This document shows, one piece after another, positions 61,001 through 64,000 of a DNA stretch of 64,000 nucleotides. The notes under the pieces were generated by a model. The model was not told where the DNA came from and searched no databases. It saw only the letters and a list, made by a program, of their open reading frames with translations. The DNA comes from Candidatus Brocadiia bacterium (lineage in GTDB: Bacteria > Planctomycetota > Brocadiia > CAIUPP01). Within the stretch, counting starts at the first letter, position 1. Each line of letters starts with the position of its first letter. The stretch spans positions 64,001-128,000 of the forward strand of contig JBEKCB010000008.1 of assembly GCA_050015075.1 (NCBI GenBank), written 5' to 3'. Position numbers and translations under genes: made by a program.

Positions 61001-64000
61001 TGGACTGCACCGTCAGCGCATAGGTGTTCACCGTATACTGCGCCACCGCCGTCGTGGCTGCGTTCATTACGAACGTGATGGACTTCTGCCCGGCGGTTTG
61101 CGCCGTTCCGTTCACCGTCCATTTCGAGAAGGTGTATCCGGTCGGGTCCGTCGCCGGCGCCGCCAGGTTCACGCTCGTCCCGTACGCGACGCTCGACACC
61201 GTATAGTTCGTCGTGCCGCCGTCGGCGCCGGTTGAACCGATAATGACCCCAGTCAGCGGCGTGGACTGCACCGTCAGCGTGTAGGTGTTCAGCGCGTACT
61301 GTGCCACCGCCGTTGTGGCTGCGGCCATCGTGAACGTGATTGACTTCTGAAGAGCGGTCTGAGCCGTTCCGTTCACCGTCCACTGCGTGAAGGTGTATCC
61401 AACCGGGTCCGTCGCCGGAGCCGTCAGCTCCACGCTCGTCCCATACGAGACGTTCGACACCGTGTAGTTCGTCTTCCCGCCGTCGCTGCTGGTTGAACCG
61501 ATAATGACCCCGGTCGGCGGCGTAGACTGCACCGTCAACGTATAGGTGTTCAGCTTGTACTGCGCCACGGCCGTCGTAACCGCGGCCATCGCGAACGTGA
61601 TGGACTTCTGCCCGGCGGTTTGCGCCGTACCGTTCACCGTCCACTTCGAGAAGGTGTACCCGGTCGGGTCCGTCGCCGGCGCCACCAGGTTCACGCTCGT
61701 CCCGTACGCGACGCTCGACACCGTGTAGTTCGTCGTGCCGCCGTCGGCGCCGCTCGAAGTGATCGCGACGCCGGTCAGCGGCGTGGACTGCACCGTCAGC
61801 GTGTAGGTGTTCGTCGTGTACTGTGCCACCGCCGTCGCGGCCACTGCGGGCATCGTGAACGTGATGTTCTTCAGCCCGGCGGTCTGAGCCGTACCGTTCA
61901 CCGTCCACTGCGAGAACGTGTATCCGGTCGGATCCGTCGCCGGCGCCGCCAGGTTCACACTCGCCGCGTATGCGACGGCATAGGTGTAGTTCGTCGTGCC
62001 GGCGTCGGCGGTGCTCGAAGTGATAAGGATCCCGGTCGGCGGCGCGGACTGAACCGACAGCTGGCACGTAGTGCCCTGGAACTCGTAGGCGCCCATGTCC
62101 GCCCAGGGCGGGCCGATCCCGACGTTCGGCATGCCAGAGTCGTCGTGCGGGGGATTCCCGTCTTTGTCCGTGGCCGGCGCGAGCGGACCGTCCGCCGAGT
62201 TAATACACGGCGAACCGGCACTCAACCGAAAGTTCCCGCCTGCAGCGGTCACGAACAGCGGATTCGCGGCGATGTTCCCGCCGCCGTCCGTCCCGATGGA
62301 GGCTTTCCACCCCGCCCCGCTGCCGCCGCAGCCGGTGATGTCGCAAAAGCCGAACGCCGGAGAGCTGGTACTATCGGTGTTGAGGACTTCCGCGCCTGTC
62401 GTCGCGCTGTCGTTCCACAGGATGCAGTTCGTCACGGTCGGGGTGGAATAAGAGTCGTTGTACATGCCGCCGCCCGATTCTGCAGAGTTCCCGCTGAACG
62501 TGCAGTTCAGGAGGGTCGGGGTGGAATACCAGTTGTCCATTCCGCCGCCATAACCCGATGCCACCGAGTTTCCGGTGAACGTGCAGTTCGTGACGGTCGG
62601 AAAGGAATCCTCGTTGTCCATCCCGCCGCCATACCCGCCCGCCGAGTTGCCGCTGAACGCGCAGTTCGTGACGGTCGCGCCGGAAAACCAGTTCTCCATC
62701 CCGCCGCCGTAACCGGTGGTCGTGTTTCCGGTGAACGTGCAGTTCGTGACGGTCGGAGAGCAGGAATAGTTGTACATTCCGCCGCCATCGGAGAGGTCCG
62801 CGTTGTTGGAGTCAGCAGAACCGTTCGCATCTCCGCCTGTGATCCTGAAACCGTCCAGAACAGCGGTGTTGTCCAGCGCCAACTCATTGTATAAGTTGTC
62901 GTGATAGAACACGTGGTAGCATTTGCCCTGGCCGGTCAGAGTCGTGACGTTCGTCGTCCAGTTCCGCTGGCTGAGCAACGTCTCGGTCCCCGCGAATCCG
63001 CCGTAGATGGCGACGCCGTTCTGCATCTCGAAATGGTTGCCCGCCGCGCCGACGCCGATAGCGTAGTCGCTCGTCGGCAAGTACGTCCCCGCCGCGACCC
63101 AGATCTGGTCGCCGGATGCGGCCGCATCCAGCGCGGACTGGAGCAGGACAAAGGCATTCGTCCACGACGTCCCGTTGTTTGCTCCGGCGGCCTTCAGGTT
63201 CACATAAATGATGTGCGTGTACTGCGCCACGGCGGTCGTGGCCCCAGCCGTCGCGAAGGTGATGGACTTCTGCCCGTCAGCCTGTGCCGCGCCGTTCACC
63301 GTCCACTGCGAGAAGGTGTACCCGGCCGGGTCAGTCGCCGGGGCCACAAGGTTCACGCTGGTGCCGAGCGCGATGCCTTGCACCACGTAGTTCGTCGTGC
63401 CGCTGTAGCCCGTGCTCGAACCGATAGACAGGCCGGTTGGCGGTGTGGACTGAACGGCCAGTGTTGTGGACACCGTGAAGTCATTCCCCCAGACGTCGCC
63501 CGACGTCATGTTGCTGTCCGCAGAGATTCCGGTGACGGCCGTCAGGTTCGTGTAGGTTTGGCCGGACACCGTCGCGCTGAGGGTATACGTTGAAGCGGAG
63601 GGAACTCCGGCGAAAGCATAGATGCCATTCGCATTCGTGAGGGTCGTCCAGGTGCCGCCGGCAGAGCGAACGGCATGGACTGTCGCTCCGGAGACGGGGC
63701 TATCGCTCGCATCCAATACGCGCCCGCTGATGATCTCGCCCGTGCCGGCGAGGTACACGTTGTACACGCACTGGTCTACCTGGTTAAAGTCCGATCCCGA
63801 TACGACAGCATCTATGAAGGGCAGGTTGTACCAGGCGTTGTCTATTCCGCTCCAGCCCATGTTCAGGTGGTGGTAAAGGGTGGAGCTGTCGTATCCGTAG
63901 CCATCGGCGACGACCTCATGCCCGCCAACGGGCCCGTAGATGTTTAAGAGACACGGAAAACCGGCGTCGAGGTTGGGATTGAGCATGCCGATCAAGGCGC
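52002..64000 (-). CDS. Giant modular extracellular protein (>3997 aa; 5' end outside window): C10 peptidase part, carboxypeptidase-regulatory-like domain, two beta-helix/choice-of-anchor-Q regions, NHL propeller, 32 repeats of ~87 aa
   Basis: GHEVVADGYG...HLNMGWSG; NGTSWT.AF..LQSAL, TNCTFSGN repeats, DMGAYE; six NHL blades; repeat LTVQSTP...PATDP.GYTFSQWTVNG. Confidence 0.93.
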   Translation of the reverse strand, partial: ALIGMLNPNLDAGFPCLLNIYGPVGGHEVVADGYGYDSSTLYHHLNMGWSGIDNAWYNLPFIDAVVSGSDFNQVDQCVYNVYLAGTGEIISGRVLDASDSPVSGATVHAVRSAGGTWTTLTNANGIYAFAGVPSASTYTLSATVSGQTYTNLTAVTGISADSNMTSGDVWGNDFTVSTTLAVQSTPPTGLSIGSSTGYSGTTNYVVQGIALGTSVNLVAPATDPAGYTFSQWTVNGAAQADGQKSITFATAGATTAVAQYTHIIYVNLKAAGANNGTSWTNAFVLLQSALDAAASGDQIWVAAGTYLPTSDYAIGVGAAGNHFEMQNGVAIYGGFAGTETLLSQRNWTTNVTTLTGQGKCYHVFYHDNLYNELALDNTAVLDGFRITGGDANGSADSNNADLSDGGGMYNYSCSPTVTNCTFTGNTTTGYGGGMENWFSGATVTNCAFSGNSAGGYGGGMDNEDSFPTVTNCTFTGNSVASGYGGGMDNWYSTPTLLNCTFSGNSAESGGGMYNDSYSTPTVTNCILWNDSATTGAEVLNTDSTSSPAFGFCDITGCGGSGAGWKASIGTDGGGNIAANPLFVTAAGGNFRLSAGSPCINSADGPLAPATDKDGNPPHDDSGMPNVGIGPPWADMGAYEFQGTTCQLSVQSAPPTGILITSSTADAGTTNYTYAVAYAASVNLAAPATDPTGYTFSQWTVNGTAQTAGLKNITFTMPAVAATAVAQYTTNTYTLTVQSTPLTGVAITSSGADGGTTNYTVSSVAYGTSVNLVAPATDPTGYTFSKWTVNGTAQTAGQKSITFAMAAVTTAVAQYKLNTYTLTVQSTPPTGVIIGSTSSDGGKTNYTVSNVSYGTSVELTAPATDPVGYTFTQWTVNGTAQTALQKSITFTMAAATTAVAQYALNTYTLTVQSTPLTGVIIGSTGADGGTTNYTVSSVAYGTSVNLAAPATDPTGYTFSKWTVNGTAQTAGQKSITFVMNAATTAVAQYTVNTYALTVQSTPLTGVAVTSSGADGGTTNYTVSSVAYGTSVNLVAPATDPTGYTFSQWTVNGAAQTAGQKAITFTMTAATTAVAQYTLNTYALTVQSTPATGIVITSSTADGGTSNYTMSGVAYGTSVNLAAPATDPTGYTFWQWTVNGTAQTAGAKSITFTMTAATTAVAQYTVNTYTLTVQSTPPAGIVITSSGAYGGTANYTVSSVAYGTSVNLQAPATDLSGVYTFSEWTVNGVGQTPGQSSITFTLTGATTAVAEYTSYTLNVQSMPMTGLGIASSTGDGGTTNYSVLRMTSGASVNLVAPATDPTGYTFSQWTLNGAALTAGQKSVTFPAPDTDAIWGSGGSGNGQFDSPEGIALDNAGNVYVCDFYNNRIQKFTSSGEYVSQWGSDGTGNGQFNGPAGIAVDSVGNVYVTEWFNNRIQKFTSSGAYITQWGSLGAANGQFQEPDGVAVSRITGDVYVSDYNNNRVQVFTSAGVYLTQWPSTQAPAGIALDSSDNVYVIDEYNTRVEKFTSSGALVTQWGSSGTGDGQFLLENGPWGIGVSSAGNVYVADNMNNRIQEFTSSGAYITQWGTFGNGVGQFSEPAGLALDSAGNVYVTARGNNRVQVFSQNILAVAQYTLNTYTLSVQSTPPAGVVVTSSGADGGTTNYTLPSAGYGTNVNLTAPATDPAGYTFAHWTINGAAQTAGARSVAFTLTAATSAVAQYTLNSGIIYVKQNATGANNGTSWTDAFVQLQSALNAAASGDQIWVAAGTYAPTSDYGLGIGAAGDHFEMINGVSIYGGFAGTETLLGQRNWTANVTILSGGDTCYHVVYQNNSYNGLSLNNTAVLDGFTITGGNASASNAPHCDGGGMYNQGCSPTVTNCTFSGNLAESYGGGVYDNSCSPTFTNCVFSGDSATTGAGMCNDAGSSSTVTNCLFSGNAASNDGGGLCNAGGSPSITNCTFSGNLAASQGGGIYNNSSATVTNCILWGDSANTAAEVCNDTLIATFSYSDVAGCGGSGAGWNSSIGTDSGANIAADPTFVSPVAAFFSPTTTGDYRLRAGSPCIDAGNNAAVPSGVTTDLDGNPRIVGPAVDMGAYEFQGTCNLAVQSAPPTGLSIGSSRGNAGTTDYTDTVGYDASVNLQAPATDPLGYTFSQWTVNSAAQTAGQKSITFTVPTNMVAVAQYTANSYTLNVQSTPPTGVVITSTSGNGGATNYAGTAVYATSVNLAAPATDPTGYTFSQWTVNGAAQAAGQKSITFPMTAGATAVAQYTLNTYTLTVQSTPPTGLSIGSSTGNDGTTSYTNTVGYGISVDLQAPATDPTGYTFSCWTLNGTPQPAGEKEITPTMPAMAMTAVAVYTVNTYALTVQSTPPTGVVITSTSGNSGTTNYAVSSIAYNTSVNLAAPATDPTGYTFSQWTVNGAAQTAGQKSITFPMSAGTTAVAQYTANPYTLNVQSTPPTGIVVTSSGADGGATNYTVTGVGYGTSVNLATPATDPTGYTFSQWTVNGAAQTAGQKSITFPMTAGATAVAQYTLNTYALTVQSTPVTGLRIGSSTGDGGATNYTVSSVSYGASVNLAAPATDPAGYVFSQWTVNGAAQTAGQKAITFTMPAAATAVAQYAPVYALSVQSMPPTGIVITSGSADGGTTNYTVPGVASGASVNLAAPATDPAGYVFSQWTVNGAAQTAGQKSITFTMIAAATAVAEYTPTYTLAVQSTPPTGLGIASSTGNNGTTNYADTVVYGTSVNLQAPATDPGGYTFSQWTVNGAAQSPGQKSVTFTLNAAVTAVAQYTSNMSYALTVESTPPTGLSIGSSTGQGGTTKCTIPGVGYGTAVNLQAPATDPGGYSFSQWTVNGAAQSPGQKSVTFTMDAAVTAVAKYTPNTGYTLSMQSTPPTGLSIGSSTGHSGTTNCAMSGVCNGTCVNVAAPDADPAGYTFSRWTVNGAAQGPGQKSVTFTMDAAVTAVAHYTANISYTLTVQSTPVGKQAIGSSTGQGGTTSYTKTGIAYGTSVNLAAPATDPAGYTFSQWTLNGAAQPDGQKSITFTIDAAVTAVAEYTANTGYTLTVQSTPPGKQVVTSSTFDGGITNYTVPGVAYGTSVNVAAPATDPAGYTFSQWTVNGAAQAPGQKSVTFTMDGAVTAVAEYTANIGYTLTVDSTPPAKQVITSSTGQNGTTNYAKSGVGNGTSVNLQAPAADPAGYTFSQWTVNGAAQTPGQKSVTFTMDGAVTAVAEYTSNIGYALTVDSTPPTGLVISSSTGQNGTTNYVKAGVGNGTSVNLQAPATDPAGYTFSQWTVNGAAQTAGEKSITFTMDGGMTAVAQYTLNGYALTVESTPPAGLSIGSSTGQKGTTNYYTNKSVGNGTSVNLQAPATDPAGYTFSQWTLNGVAQTAGEKSITFTMDGGMTAVAQYTLNGYTLTVQSTPPAGQGIGSSTGQSGTTNYTITGIGDGASVNLAAPATDPAGYTFSQWTLNGAAQPDGQKSITFTMDAAVTAAAHYTANISYTLTVQSTPAGKQAIGSSTGNSGTTNYANTVAYGTTVNLAAPATDPAGYTFSQWTLNGAAQPDGQKSITFTMDAAVTALAHYTANVGYTLTVQSTPPGKQVVTSSTFDGGITNYTVPGVAYGTSVNVAAPATDPGGYTFSQWTVNGAAQAPGQKSVTFTMDGAVTAVAEYTANIGYTLTVDSTPPTGLVISSSTGRNGTTNYVKGGVGNGTSVNLQAPATDPAGYTFSQWTVNGAGQSPGQKSVTFTMDGAVTAVAQYTANMGYTLSVQATTPGKQVIGSSTGHGGTTNYTKAGVAYGTSVNVQAPATDPAGYTFSQWTVDGAAQTPGQKSVTFTISAAVTAVAQYTANVGYALTVQSTPPVKQVIGSSTGHGGTTNYTKTGVAYGTSVNLQAPATDPAGYTFLQWTVNGAAQPDGQKSITLTMDAAVTAVAHYTSNIGYALTVQSTPPVKQVISSSTGHGGTTNYTRTGVAYGTSVNLQAPATDPAGYTFSHWTVSGAVQPAAQKSVTFTMTAATTAVAVYVKGH
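52005..57765 (-). repeat. Tandem array of 22 coding repeats (~258-264 bp)
   Basis: Recurrent gccgttcaccgtccactgcgagaaggtgta...gggtccgtcgccggcgc. Confidence 0.95.
58900..62060 (-). repeat. Array of 9 coding repeats, one interrupted by a six-bladed NHL propeller (~59190-60010)
   Basis: Same unit as 52005-57765; NHL blades WG..G...GQF..P.GIA.D..GNVYV....NNRIQ.F. Confidence 0.9.

Noticed and set aside
52005-62060. Regularly spaced DNA repeats as a possible CRISPR array or DGR
   Set aside because: Period is ~260 bp, fully coding and in frame; no unique spacers, cas genes or reverse transcriptase

Overview
This is a GC-rich bacterial chromosomal window; the gene repertoire suggests Planctomycetota/PVC (inference). 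Core genes: psd-pssA, ychF, tRNA-Gly(GCC)-tig-clpP-clpX and plsY. Accessory content: two glycoside hydrolases, uroporphyrinogen-decarboxylase/MtaA-like proteins, a YtrA/GntR-ABC operon with its operator, and a four-small-ORF operon containing a degenerate ClpS. There is also a stand-alone NRPS plus PPTase, with an oxalate-CoA-ligase-like starter and a Cys-type thioesterase. A ~12 kb decayed island (37.6-49.5 kb) is bounded by integrase remnants and carries mop, ppk2, SulP, a Mla/Pqi system and several pseudogene fragments. The window ends inside a >4000-aa modular protein: C10 peptidase, two beta-helices, 32 copies of a ~87-aa repeat, and an NHL propeller inserted inside one repeat. Several families of palindromic REP-like elements are present; one is translated in frame inside psd and another brackets a whole gene. 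All family calls come from motif recognition by eye; no database searches were run.
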